In this document: positions 1 through 7,657 of the stretch, one piece after another
Numbering within the stretch: position 1 is the stretch's first letter
Layout of the letters: the number at the start of each line of letters is the position of its first letter
Notes under the pieces: model-generated
What the model saw: only the letters and a program-made list of their open reading frames with translations
What the model was told of the DNA's origin: nothing
Database searches by the model: none
Position numbers and translations under genes: made by a program
Assembly (NCBI GenBank): GCA_964343975.1
Contig: CAYFLU010000001.1
Coordinates: 1,880 to 65,879 of the forward strand
Reading direction: 5' to 3'
From: an uncultured Solibacteraceae bacterium
Lineage (GTDB): Bacteria > Acidobacteriota > Vicinamibacteria > Vicinamibacterales > SCN-69-37
Length of the DNA stretch: 64,000 nt

Positions 1-137
1 TCCGCAGCCCGCGCGTCGTGAAGCACGAACAGACCGCCAGCGGAAAATGGCAGATCGACATCAAGCTGACGAATGCCAAGGAAGTGGATCACGAGCTCCA
101 GCAGTGGATGAGGGCGAGTTATCTGCTGGCGAAATAG
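1..137 (+). CDS. 3' end of a CDS cut by the window edge; the C-terminus resembles DUF5655-type small proteins (tentative)
   Basis: Frame 3 is open from nt 3 to the TAG at 135-137 (...KWQIDIKLTNAKEVDHELQQWMRASYLLAK*). There is no start in the window. The family guess rests only on the C-terminal pattern, from memory. Confidence 0.45.
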   Translation, partial: RSPRVVKHEQTASGKWQIDIKLTNAKEVDHELQQWMRASYLLAK

Positions 138-152
138 CGGACGCTCACGGTG

Positions 153-1259
153 CTAGAGCAACAACGCCTCCACCCGGTGGGCGTGCACCATCTCCTCCTC
201 ATCTGACCATCTGAAGATCGTAAAGCGGCCGTCCTGAGAGGCCACGAGCGCGACGGCGTCGCGCTGGTCGTGCACGAATTGCGCGGCCGACAGATGCCGC
301 GTGCCGCCGAATTGGCCGGGGGCGACGACGGCGCTTTCGCTGCCGACGATCGGCTCGGTGACGGTGATGCGCTCCACCGATGCGCTGCCTTTGCGGCGCG
401 TGATCTTCACGCCGAACGCCAGCACGTCGTAGTGATCGTTCATCACCATCGCGCCGTCGACCGCCGTGAGGCCCGCGATGCCCTCCACCGCCCTCCGCAC
501 ATCGTCGCTGTCGGCGCCGCTGTCGGCGCGCATGACGGCGCTGAGGCCGGTGAAGGGCGGGGTCAGGGCGTAGGTCATCGGCGTGACGACCGACAGCAGC
601 CAGGCATCAGACGCCGACGGTGTCACGAGCAGTGCGCCGCCGCGGCCGTGGCTGCGCATCGAGGCCGCGAGCTGCACGAGCACGTTCAGGGCGTCGGTGC
701 CGGCGCCGGCGGGGCCGACCGCGCGGACGATGCCGAGGAGCGACTGCAACAGGCCGGGACAATCGGGCACGTCGGCCGTGCGTTCGTCGACGAGCTTGAC
801 GGCGTCGCCCTCGAGCACCGCGACGTTGACGAACTTGCCGATGTTGGCGCGCTGCTTGACGACGAGGAGGCCCGACGTGACGACTTCGAGCACGAAGCAG
901 TACGGCGGCAGGTGCTGCGTCGTGCCCCACACGAGCAGCTCGCCGTCGACCATCCACACGCCGAGGTGAATGCCGGGGCGCTCCACGGCCTGGGCCAGTT
1001 TGGCGAGCGCGTGCGCGGAGAGCGGCAGCGCATGGCCGAAGTGCAGCGGCTCGCCGGCGCGCTCCGGCGCGACGAGCGCGATCGAAATGCGCGGCACCAT
1101 GCCTTCTTCACGGCGCAGGCTCGCCCAGAACGCCGCGTCGATGATCGTCTCGATCATCGTCACATCAGGCGGCGGCACACCCGGGCCGGCATGACGCGAG
1201 AAGTGCTCCTGAATGCGCGGGGCCACCGCGTGCGCGACGGGATACGCTGGTCCGGTCAT
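153..1259 (-). CDS. DAC (DisA_N, diadenylate-cyclase fold) protein with a long N-terminal DACNV-like putative sensor region
   Basis: 368 aa from the ATG at 1259, which is M113 of the 480-aa track ORF. The upstream extension is Arg/Ala-rich and overlaps the ATPase gene. DAC landmarks in the C-terminal half are 'GRGGALLV', 'VDGAMVM' (DGA), 'GGTRHLSAAQF' (GTRHxxA) and 'ALVASQDGRFTIF'. The start shares one base with the upstream stop (TGATG). Confidence 0.75.
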   Translation of the reverse strand: MTGPAYPVAHAVAPRIQEHFSRHAGPGVPPPDVTMIETIIDAAFWASLRREEGMVPRISIALVAPERAGEPLHFGHALPLSAHALAKLAQAVERPGIHLGVWMVDGELLVWGTTQHLPPYCFVLEVVTSGLLVVKQRANIGKFVNVAVLEGDAVKLVDERTADVPDCPGLLQSLLGIVRAVGPAGAGTDALNVLVQLAASMRSHGRGGALLVTPSASDAWLLSVVTPMTYALTPPFTGLSAVMRADSGADSDDVRRAVEGIAGLTAVDGAMVMNDHYDVLAFGVKITRRKGSASVERITVTEPIVGSESAVVAPGQFGGTRHLSAAQFVHDQRDAVALVASQDGRFTIFRWSDEEEMVHAHRVEALLL

Positions 1260-2413
1260 CAAAACGTCCTCCGGGCAATCCACTCGCGATACAACGAATC
1301 GGTCAGCAAATACCGCGGGCCATCGCGCATGACGATGTCTTCGCGCGTGAGGGCGCCGAGGGCCGATTGCACACTCGACGCGCTCGGCAGGCGATGCCGC
1401 TGCCGCACATCCGCCGACAGGAGCTCGCGCCCCTGCTCGAGCACGAGCGCGCGCAGCACCCCGCGCTGCGCGAGCGTGAGCCGCTGCCACTGCTCTTCGA
1501 ACACCGTGGCCTGCTGCCGCATCATGCGCGTGAGGGTGGTGTGCAGATCCTCCAGCCCCACCGTTTTCCGCCCCGCGGCCTTCACATCGTCCCACGTCTC
1601 GTGCGCGAGACGCTGCACGTCGTAGGGCACGTTGTCGGCGAGGTCGACGAGCGCTTCGCCGAGACCGCGCTCGGCCTTGAGGCCCGACTTCGAGAAGCGC
1701 GCTTCGATCCAGTCGCCGAATTCCACCGGATCGATCTTCGTGAGGCGCATGACGGGCCCGGCTTTGTAGAACGGCCGGCGCGGGCTGATCATGCGCTCCA
1801 TGAGCGACGGCTCGGAGCCGGCGAACACGTAGCCGACCTCGCGCTGCTGCTGCACGGCGGCGCGCAGCGCTTCTTCCACCGCGGTGCCGCCGTCGAACGC
1901 CGCGATCGTCTGGAACTCGTCGAGCGCGATGGCCATGGGCCGCTTGCGCGCGGCCGCGATCTTCGCGGGCAGCGCAAACACCTCGGCCGCGAGCCGCTCC
2001 ACATCGCGCGGGCTCCGCACCGTGGGAAACGACAGCGACACCGCGGCACTGCCGGGCCCCACGGCATCCACCGTGACCTCCGGCCGCACCGTGCGCAGCA
2101 GCTCACTGGCCCACGCCCGCAGGCGCCCGGCGGGCGTGTCGGCGGCCAGCAGCGCCTGCGCGTAGGCTTCGAGGAAGCCGATGTAGGAACTCGACCCGGC
2201 GACGGTGACCGACACCGTGAGCACGCGCTCTTTGGCCAGCGCGTCGAGGCTGCGCCGGATGAGCGACGACTTGCCGTAGCGGCGCGGCGAGATGAGGAAG
2301 ATCTTCTGCCCGGCGCGCAGGTCTTCCGTGAGGCGATGGTATTCCTCGTCGCGGTCCGCGAACGCGCCGGCCGCGACGATCTCGCCGTAAACGAAGGGGT
2401 TGTCGGCTGCCAT
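1259..2413 (-). CDS. AAA+ ATP-binding protein, COG1672 / archaeal-ATPase (ATPase_2) type
   Basis: 384 aa with Walker A 'ISPRRYGKSSL' and Walker B 'MAIALDEFQ'. The C-terminal ~80 aa look winged-helix-like (LTLAQRGVLRALV...). The stop overlaps the start of the DAC gene. Confidence 0.85.
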   Translation of the reverse strand: MAADNPFVYGEIVAAGAFADRDEEYHRLTEDLRAGQKIFLISPRRYGKSSLIRRSLDALAKERVLTVSVTVAGSSSYIGFLEAYAQALLAADTPAGRLRAWASELLRTVRPEVTVDAVGPGSAAVSLSFPTVRSPRDVERLAAEVFALPAKIAAARKRPMAIALDEFQTIAAFDGGTAVEEALRAAVQQQREVGYVFAGSEPSLMERMISPRRPFYKAGPVMRLTKIDPVEFGDWIEARFSKSGLKAERGLGEALVDLADNVPYDVQRLAHETWDDVKAAGRKTVGLEDLHTTLTRMMRQQATVFEEQWQRLTLAQRGVLRALVLEQGRELLSADVRQRHRLPSASSVQSALGALTREDIVMRDGPRYLLTDSLYREWIARRTF

Positions 2414-2453
2414 TACCGTGATCCACGTAATGATTACGTGAATCAGGGTAATG
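2411..2453. promoter_or_regulatory. 43-bp AT-rich near-perfect palindrome (19 of 21 arm positions pair) overlapping the ATPase start codon; putative operator/promoter
   Basis: The sequence CATTACCGTGATCCACGTAAT-G-ATTACGTGAATCAGGGTAATG is centred on 2432. The core CACGTAAT-G-ATTACGTG (2424-2440) is perfect. It is the only AT-rich patch in this GC-rich neighbourhood. Confidence 0.45.
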
Positions 2454-2581
2454 ACGCAAGTTCAGTCGGCCGCGAGCACCGTGGTGAGCGGCACGCGCGC
2501 CGCCCGGCGCGCCGGCACCCAGCACGCGAGCGCGGCCACCGGCGGTACCTCGAGGGCGTCGAGCCGCTCGGTCACCGGCTC

Positions 2582-3517
2582 GTGTCGCGCGGGCGCGACT
2601 ACACGATCATCGGCGTTGTGGCGACGACGACGTCGGAGGCGTTTGGGGAGGCGCCGACGCCGGTCGTGTACTACGCGTATCGCGACCGGGTGCCGATCGC
2701 CGGGGAGGTGCATCTGCGCGCGAAGCCCGGCGGGCTGTCGCCGTTCGATGTGGTGCAGCAGTCGCTGCAAGCCGTGCGCCGCGGTGACGCGCGCGTCGTT
2801 GCCGGCGAATTCCCCGACGAAGTGCAGCCGGTCGTGACCGAGCTCAATGCGCTGCTCGCGCATCAGCAGGAGGCCGTGGCACGGGCGCAGGCCAGCGCGG
2901 GCGATCTCGCGCACGGGCTCAAGACGCCGCTCGCGATCTTGTTACAGGAGGCCGAGCGCGCCGAAGCGCAGGGACAGACGACGCTCGCGCACACGCTGCG
3001 GCAGCAGCTCGCGCGCATGGAGCGTCAGGTCGACGCGCACCTCGCGCGCGCCCGCGCCGCCGCCTCGGGCGCCACGCTCGACGCGCGCGCGAACGTGGCC
3101 GATGTCATCGCCGGCCTCACGCGCACCGTCGAGCGCCTCTACGCCGACCGCGCGCTGGCGATTCGCACAGACATCGCCCCTGCCCTGCACGTGCGCGTGC
3201 AGGCGCAGGACCTCGAGGAAGTGCTCGGCAATGTGCTCGACAACGCGTGCAAATGGGCGCGCACCGCCATCGCAGTGACAGCGCACGCGCAGGGCACAAC
3301 AGTGACAGTGCTGGTGGATGACGATGGCGCGGGATTGGCGCCGGCGATGCGGGTGGCGGTGCTCGAGCGCGGCGTGCGCGCAGACGAAACGGCGCCAGGC
3401 ACGGGCCTCGGCCTGGCGATCGCGAAAGACATCGCCGGGCTCTACGGCGGCACGATCACGCTCGACACGAGCCCCACAGGCGGCCTCAGAGTCGCAATCA
3501 CCCTCCCAGCGGCGTAA
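2582..3517 (+). CDS. Histidine kinase catalytic part (HAMP-like linker, HisKA, HATPase_c) with no TM/sensor region, preceded in frame by a MacB/ADOP-permease periplasmic-domain fragment
   Basis: H-box 'DLAHGLKTPLA', N-box 'LGNVLDNACKWA', G-boxes 'DDDGAGL' and 'GTGLGLAI'. The N-terminal 'YTIIGVV...APTPVVYYAYRD...VHLRAKPGG' matches the end of FtsX/MacB periplasmic domains. There is no ATG. The first in-frame GTG after the antisense region is 2582, and other GTGs occur up to 2750, so the 5' end is uncertain. Confidence 0.6.
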   Translation: MSRGRDYTIIGVVATTTSEAFGEAPTPVVYYAYRDRVPIAGEVHLRAKPGGLSPFDVVQQSLQAVRRGDARVVAGEFPDEVQPVVTELNALLAHQQEAVARAQASAGDLAHGLKTPLAILLQEAERAEAQGQTTLAHTLRQQLARMERQVDAHLARARAAASGATLDARANVADVIAGLTRTVERLYADRALAIRTDIAPALHVRVQAQDLEEVLGNVLDNACKWARTAIAVTAHAQGTTVTVLVDDDGAGLAPAMRVAVLERGVRADETAPGTGLGLAIAKDIAGLYGGTITLDTSPTGGLRVAITLPAA

Positions 3518-3534
3518 CGACGAGAGCGGTGCAC

Positions 3535-3582
3535 CCTGGACCTAAAGGTCCAGGGCTCCAACGCAAGGTCCAGGGCTCCAAC
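3535..3582. repeat. Hairpin (8-bp stem CCTGGACC/GGTCCAGG, 3535-3554) plus a perfect 18-bp direct repeat AAGGTCCAGGGCTCCAAC at 3545-3562 and 3565-3582
   Basis: Read directly from the sequence. It lies in the convergent intergenic gap between the kinase gene and efp. Confidence 0.7.
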
Positions 3583-3588
3583 TAGAGG

Positions 3589-3668
3589 CCTCCGTGCCTC
3601 TGCGTCTCCGTGTCGCTCGAGACCCCGGAGCTCTTCTCCGTGTCTCCGTGTCTCCGTGTCGCTTTTTT
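3589..3668. repeat. Octamer repeat TCTCCGTG at 3605-3612 and in three tandem copies at 3635-3658, with variant CCTCCGTG at 3589-3596, ending in GTCGC-T6
   Basis: Read directly. The T6 run at 3663-3668 may act as a terminator tail, but I could not draw a convincing stem in front of it. Confidence 0.6.
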
Positions 3669-3670
3669 GC

Positions 3671-4246
3671 CTACGCCCGCCCTGCGAACTCGCGCGTCTC
3701 CGTGTGGACCTTGATCTTCTCGCCTTCTTTGATGAAGAGCGGCACACGCACTTCCATGCCGGTGTTGGTGTGCGCGATCTTGGTCACCGAGCCGCTCGAC
3801 GTATCGCCACGCACTGCGGGTTCGGCGTCAACGATCGTCATCTCGACGTGCGGCGGGAACTGGAGGCTGATCGGGTTCCCGTTGTACTTGTGCATCGCGA
3901 TCTCGAGGTTGTCGACGAGGAAGTCCTTGTCTTCGCCCACCGAGTCGGCCGAGAGCGTGAGCGTCTCGTACGATTCCTGATCCATGAAGTGGAAGCCGTC
4001 GCCGTCCTTGTACAGGAAGGTGGCGGGCACTTTCACCAGATCCGGTTCACCGAACTTGTCGCCGGCCTTGAACGTGCGGTCGAACACGGCCTTGGTCAGG
4101 AGGTTGCGCATCTTCAGGCGCACGAGCGTCTGTCCACCACGCGCGGTCGGCTTGGAGACTTCGACTTCCAGGCAGTGGTACGGCGCGTTCTCGTACTCGA
4201 AGAACATCTTGCGCTTGATCTCGATCGCTTCAATGAGGCTGGCCAT
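3671..4246 (-). CDS. efp: Elongation factor P
   Basis: 191 aa with EF-P-like sequence along its full length (MASLIEAIEIKRKM..., 'KPTARGGQTLVRLKMRNLLT', 'VRVPLFIKEGEKIKV'). Confidence 0.93.
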   Translation of the reverse strand: MASLIEAIEIKRKMFFEYENAPYHCLEVEVSKPTARGGQTLVRLKMRNLLTKAVFDRTFKAGDKFGEPDLVKVPATFLYKDGDGFHFMDQESYETLTLSADSVGEDKDFLVDNLEIAMHKYNGNPISLQFPPHVEMTIVDAEPAVRGDTSSGSVTKIAHTNTGMEVRVPLFIKEGEKIKVHTETREFAGRA

Positions 4247-4299
4247 CCGGACATTCTACCGGTGAGGCGCGCCCCGGACCTAGCGTGAGCTCCCGCGGG

Positions 4300-4770
4300 T
4301 CAGCGGGGCGTCTTCGTCTGCTTCGGATTGGGCTTGGCGAGCGGCACAGCGGTGACCTCAATCGCGCCGTCGGTATAGCCCGCCGCGTACTCCTTGCCGC
4401 CGATCTTCACGCCGGCAAACGTGACCTTGAGATCGAACGGATAGCCGTACACGTGCAACACGCGCGCGGCCATCTTGTCGTCGCGTACCGTCCAGGCGAA
4501 GAGCTCACTCGGAAACGGCCCGTGCCCGCAGAGGCACTCCATCAGGAAATTCGGCGAGTCCTTCACGCGCGCATCCACCACGCTGAGGTCCCAGCCGATG
4601 CCCTTGCCGTCGGCATCGACGTTGCGCTCGGCGATGAGCGTGAGGTCTTTCGAGAGCGCGGCCGTGAACTTGGCGTCTTTCGCCGCGGCCTTGAAGGAGA
4701 GGAGCGGCGCCGCCGCCACCGCGGAAACGCCAAGCATGAGAGCCACAAGAACCGCTGAAACGAAGCGCAT
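4300..4770 (-). CDS. Hypothetical exported protein
   Basis: 156 aa from the internal ATG at 4770, with signal peptide 'MRFVSAVLVALMLGVSAVAAAP'. The upstream part of the 244-aa track ORF is Arg-rich filler. Confidence 0.6.
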   Translation of the reverse strand: MRFVSAVLVALMLGVSAVAAAPLLSFKAAAKDAKFTAALSKDLTLIAERNVDADGKGIGWDLSVVDARVKDSPNFLMECLCGHGPFPSELFAWTVRDDKMAARVLHVYGYPFDLKVTFAGVKIGGKEYAAGYTDGAIEVTAVPLAKPNPKQTKTPR

Positions 4771-4805
4771 GAGACAGGATCTTACGCGAGTGACCTCGAC
4801 ACGAG

Positions 4806-5186
4806 CTACGTCGACACGAGCCACGCCACCGCGGCGTCGCGTTCGGTGAACACGCGCACGTTGATGCCGCGATTGAGACAGGTGGTCTCCCAGAAGCGCA
4901 CGTCCTCGATCGGCCCCGGCAGTGCCGGGAGCAACACCGCTTCCTTGAACGTGCCGGCAAGCCCGGCGCTTAGCAACATGTCGGCGAGCGCGTAGAGATC
5001 GAACGGCGAATGACCGCCGGCCAGCGCCGTGCAATTGCCGAGGAGAAGCGGCCGCGTCATCGCCCGCGCGCCGTCGATCGTGGCATGCACCGCCGCGCTC
5101 AACTGGGACGGCGACAAGACGCCGACATAGTGAGTTTCAAGAATGGGAAATGACGCGTGTTCCGTCATTTCCAGATGCCACGACAT
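4806..5186 (-). CDS. Hypothetical protein, possibly with a SpoIIAA/STAS-like fold
   Basis: 126 aa from the ATG at 5186 (MSWHLEMTEHASFPILETHYVG...FWETTCLNRGINVRVFTERDAAVAWL). The fold guess is weak. Confidence 0.5.
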   Translation of the reverse strand: MSWHLEMTEHASFPILETHYVGVLSPSQLSAAVHATIDGARAMTRPLLLGNCTALAGGHSPFDLYALADMLLSAGLAGTFKEAVLLPALPGPIEDVRFWETTCLNRGINVRVFTERDAAVAWLVST

Positions 5187-5242
5187 GGCCCGCTCCGAAC
5201 GTCCGCAGCTTCGATTATTCACCCGCGCCGCGGCGCCGGCGG

Positions 5243-5461
5243 CTATTTCTTCGCGCGGTGATACGCCACGAGCGCGTTCGCATGCCCGTGCCCCATCTTG
5301 TGCATCGTCTTGAGGTGCGCCACCTGCTCCATGTGCGGTTTGTCGGCGACCTTGTCGAGCACCTTGAACCAATGCGCCACCGGGTGACCGTATTTCTGCT
5401 CAATCGACGGGAAATACGACGCGGGACCGGTGACCTTCGCAGCAGCGGGCTTCTTGGCCAT
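5243..5461 (-). CDS. DUF4287 domain protein
   Basis: 72 aa; 'YFPSIEQKYGHPVAHWFKVL...HLKTMHKMGHGHANALV' is the DUF4287 pattern as I recall it. Confidence 0.8.
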   Translation of the reverse strand: MAKKPAAAKVTGPASYFPSIEQKYGHPVAHWFKVLDKVADKPHMEQVAHLKTMHKMGHGHANALVAYHRAKK

Positions 5462-5502
5462 GGGAGAACCCTACACGAACTCGCGTTTGAAACGGCGCCG
5501 GC

Positions 5503-5922
5503 TCACTTGCCCGTGAGCTTGCGCAATCCCGGCGGCAGCGGCTCGGTCGCAGACGGCGCCGGAACGTCCCTCAAGGCATCCGCGACAGCCGTGGCCGTGG
5601 GACCGGCGGCCTGCACCGCCGTGCGATAGAGCTTGGCATCTCTCAGCGCGCGCGGCGCCTCGCCTGTGCGGACAGCCGAGTCGCGCAAGGTCACCGTGGC
5701 GCTGTCGATGAGCGTGTCGAGCAACATGAGCGCGCGCTCGGTGTCGCCCGTCCGCAAGCTGCTCGCGGCATCAACATGCAACGACAGCTCGCCGTTGGTC
5801 GCCGCAAACGCCATCGTGGTGATCATGTTGATGCCCTGACGCTGGCCAATCGCAAACCCGGCCACGCCGCCAATCAGCAGCGTCAACACCGGTACAGCCA
5901 CAAGCTTCACGACACGCGTCAT
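5503..5922 (-). CDS. Hypothetical membrane-anchored protein
   Basis: 139 aa from the ATG at 5922, with N-terminal TM segment 'VVKLVAVPVLTLLIGGVAGFAIG'. There is an ATGA overlap with the upstream metallophosphoesterase stop. Confidence 0.6.
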   Translation of the reverse strand: MTRVVKLVAVPVLTLLIGGVAGFAIGQRQGINMITTMAFAATNGELSLHVDAASSLRTGDTERALMLLDTLIDSATVTLRDSAVRTGEAPRALRDAKLYRTAVQAAGPTATAVADALRDVPAPSATEPLPPGLRKLTGK

Positions 5923-7112
5923 ACCGTCGGCTCCTTCGCGTGCAGCGGCACGCGCCACATCTCGGGATTCCAGTGCACATCCGCGTGCGCGCGATCCCAC
6001 CCTCGCTCGCCGATCGACTGATACTCCCGCACCACCAGCGCATCGTCTTCGATGCGGCAATAAAAGAAGGCGCGGTTGTCGCCGCCGGCGCCGGCGTTCT
6101 TCACGCCGAACACCGGAATGCCCGGCGCGGAACCGAGCGGCGCCACAGCCGTGCCCGTCCACACGTCCGTGCGGCGCGCATGCAAATGCCCGTGAAAGAT
6201 CGCGACCACGCGGTAGCCCTCGAGCGCGCGGTGATACGCATGCACATCGCCCGCGCTCCACTCATTGCTGCTGATGCCGTCGGCATGATGCGGACAGTCG
6301 GCGCTGTGCCACGCAATGCGCGCCATGCCTTCGCAGCAGATCGCGCGGCTGCCGCCGGTCGGCTCCGTGTCGAACGGCTGCGCGTACCGCTGCAGATCCA
6401 CGTGATGCACGATTACCACCGGCCGCCCACTCGTGCCCACCGACAGGCGCAGGTCGTCGATCAGAAACAAGAGGCTGTCCCACGCGCCGTAGCGGCTGAT
6501 CGGCCGGCCATCCGCGTTGTCGCCGACGACGATGCCGAGCGCGATGAAGTGAATGCCGTTCCAATCCCACGAGTAGTGCAGGCCATTGGCTGAGCGGCGC
6601 GTGAGGCCACTGCGCTTGGCATGGCGCGCGAGCAGGCCGTCGATCGTCACGTTCCGGCCGCGCGGCGTGTCGTGGTTGCCGTGAATTTCATAGAGCGGAT
6701 ACCGCAGCCGGCCGTCGGTGCCCGTGACGCCGTAGAGCGACGCATGCGCCACGAACTCCGTCCTCGTCATCGCGTCGTGCGTTGCGTCGCGCTTGTCGCC
6801 GGAGTCGGCGATGTCGCCGAGATGCAGCACCACCCGCGGCCGCTGCACCACGCCGCCACCGAGCGAGGATGGCAGCGGCTGGCCGGGCAGAGTATTCAGC
6901 AGATCGATCAGCCGCTCGTTCATCGCGAAGCGCTCGGCATCCACGCGCGACGGCATCGTCGCGTCTGCGAGCATGTGCGTGTCCGAGATGATGAAGAACG
7001 CGAGGTCGTCGTCTCGCTGCGCCCATGCGTGAAGACCGCGGGCGCCGATGGCGGCGCCGGCCGTGGCCAGTGCGCCTCGGCGAAGCAGCTCACGGCGCGA
7101 GAGCGGCGACAT
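5919..7112 (-). CDS. Tat-exported metallophosphoesterase
   Basis: Twin-arginine leader 'SRRELLRRGALATAGAA'. Calcineurin-like motifs 'ISDTH', 'GDIADSG', 'GNHD' and 'GHLH'. Confidence 0.85.
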   Translation of the reverse strand: MSPLSRRELLRRGALATAGAAIGARGLHAWAQRDDDLAFFIISDTHMLADATMPSRVDAERFAMNERLIDLLNTLPGQPLPSSLGGGVVQRPRVVLHLGDIADSGDKRDATHDAMTRTEFVAHASLYGVTGTDGRLRYPLYEIHGNHDTPRGRNVTIDGLLARHAKRSGLTRRSANGLHYSWDWNGIHFIALGIVVGDNADGRPISRYGAWDSLLFLIDDLRLSVGTSGRPVVIVHHVDLQRYAQPFDTEPTGGSRAICCEGMARIAWHSADCPHHADGISSNEWSAGDVHAYHRALEGYRVVAIFHGHLHARRTDVWTGTAVAPLGSAPGIPVFGVKNAGAGGDNRAFFYCRIEDDALVVREYQSIGERGWDRAHADVHWNPEMWRVPLHAKEPTV

Positions 7113-7121
7113 CGCGTGGAC

Positions 7122-7526
7122 CTACTGCTTCGCCTTGAACGCGCGCGTGATGAGGGTGGTCAGCACTTTCGGATCGATATCCGACATGCGCGAGATGTAG
7201 ATACAGCCTTTGGCGTGCTTGTGCGGGCCGAGTGACGCGAGGAGTTTCTCGGCGCCGTCCGCGCGCGCGACACCGTAGATCGAGATGTCGCCTTTCCGCG
7301 ACGAGAACCCGACCGCGCAGATCTCGCCGGTCTTGCCGCCTGCCAGTGGATACGTGAACACGCCGAAGCCGACGATCGCCGTGCCCCACATCACCGGCGG
7401 CTGCTTCGTGGCCTTCTCCATCAGGGCCATCAACGCCGCGCAATCGGCGCGGCGCTTCGGATCCTCAATGGCCTTGATATAGGCGGCGGGACTGATCTTC
7501 GTAGCGGTGGTCTTTCGCGCGGCCAT
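7122..7526 (-). CDS. DUF1801 (YdhG-like) domain protein
   Basis: 134 aa from the ATG at 7526, preceded by a GGGAGG Shine-Dalgarno sequence; contains 'PVMWGTAIVGFG...Y...G...AVGFSSRKGDISIY'. Confidence 0.8.
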   Translation of the reverse strand: MAARKTTATKISPAAYIKAIEDPKRRADCAALMALMEKATKQPPVMWGTAIVGFGVFTYPLAGGKTGEICAVGFSSRKGDISIYGVARADGAEKLLASLGPHKHAKGCIYISRMSDIDPKVLTTLITRAFKAKQ

Positions 7527-7657
7527 GGGCACCTCCCTGGTGAGCCGCCATGATACCGAACCGAGTCGCCTGACCAGCCGTGGGCGCAACAGAGATTGTC
7601 TGGATTTAATGTTGCTCCAGCGGGTGACCGTGGTCTAACAGTGTACGGACATCATCT

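Noticed and set aside
270-1625. 451-aa plus-strand ORF
   Set aside because: It lies antisense to the DAC and ATPase genes. Its product is Arg/Ala/His-rich with no motif, which is typical of a high-GC shadow ORF.
153-2413. Reading the ATPase + cyclase pair as a CBASS, Pycsar or type III CRISPR-like system
   Set aside because: The cyclase fold is DAC, not CD-NTase, a pyrimidine cyclase or Cas10/Palm. No known effector (patatin, TIR, SAVED, TM, nuclease) and no Cap2/Cap3-like genes are adjacent. I kept it only as an unclassified candidate.
1367-2581. The 5' two-thirds of the 716-aa plus-strand ORF
   Set aside because: It is antisense to the ATPase gene and Arg/His/Glu-rich. Only the part from about 2582 onward is protein-like.
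3535-3668. Possible mini CRISPR array
   Set aside because: There are only two 18-bp repeats with a 2-bp gap and an unrelated octamer array. There is no spacer-sized unique sequence, and no cas genes occur anywhere in the window.
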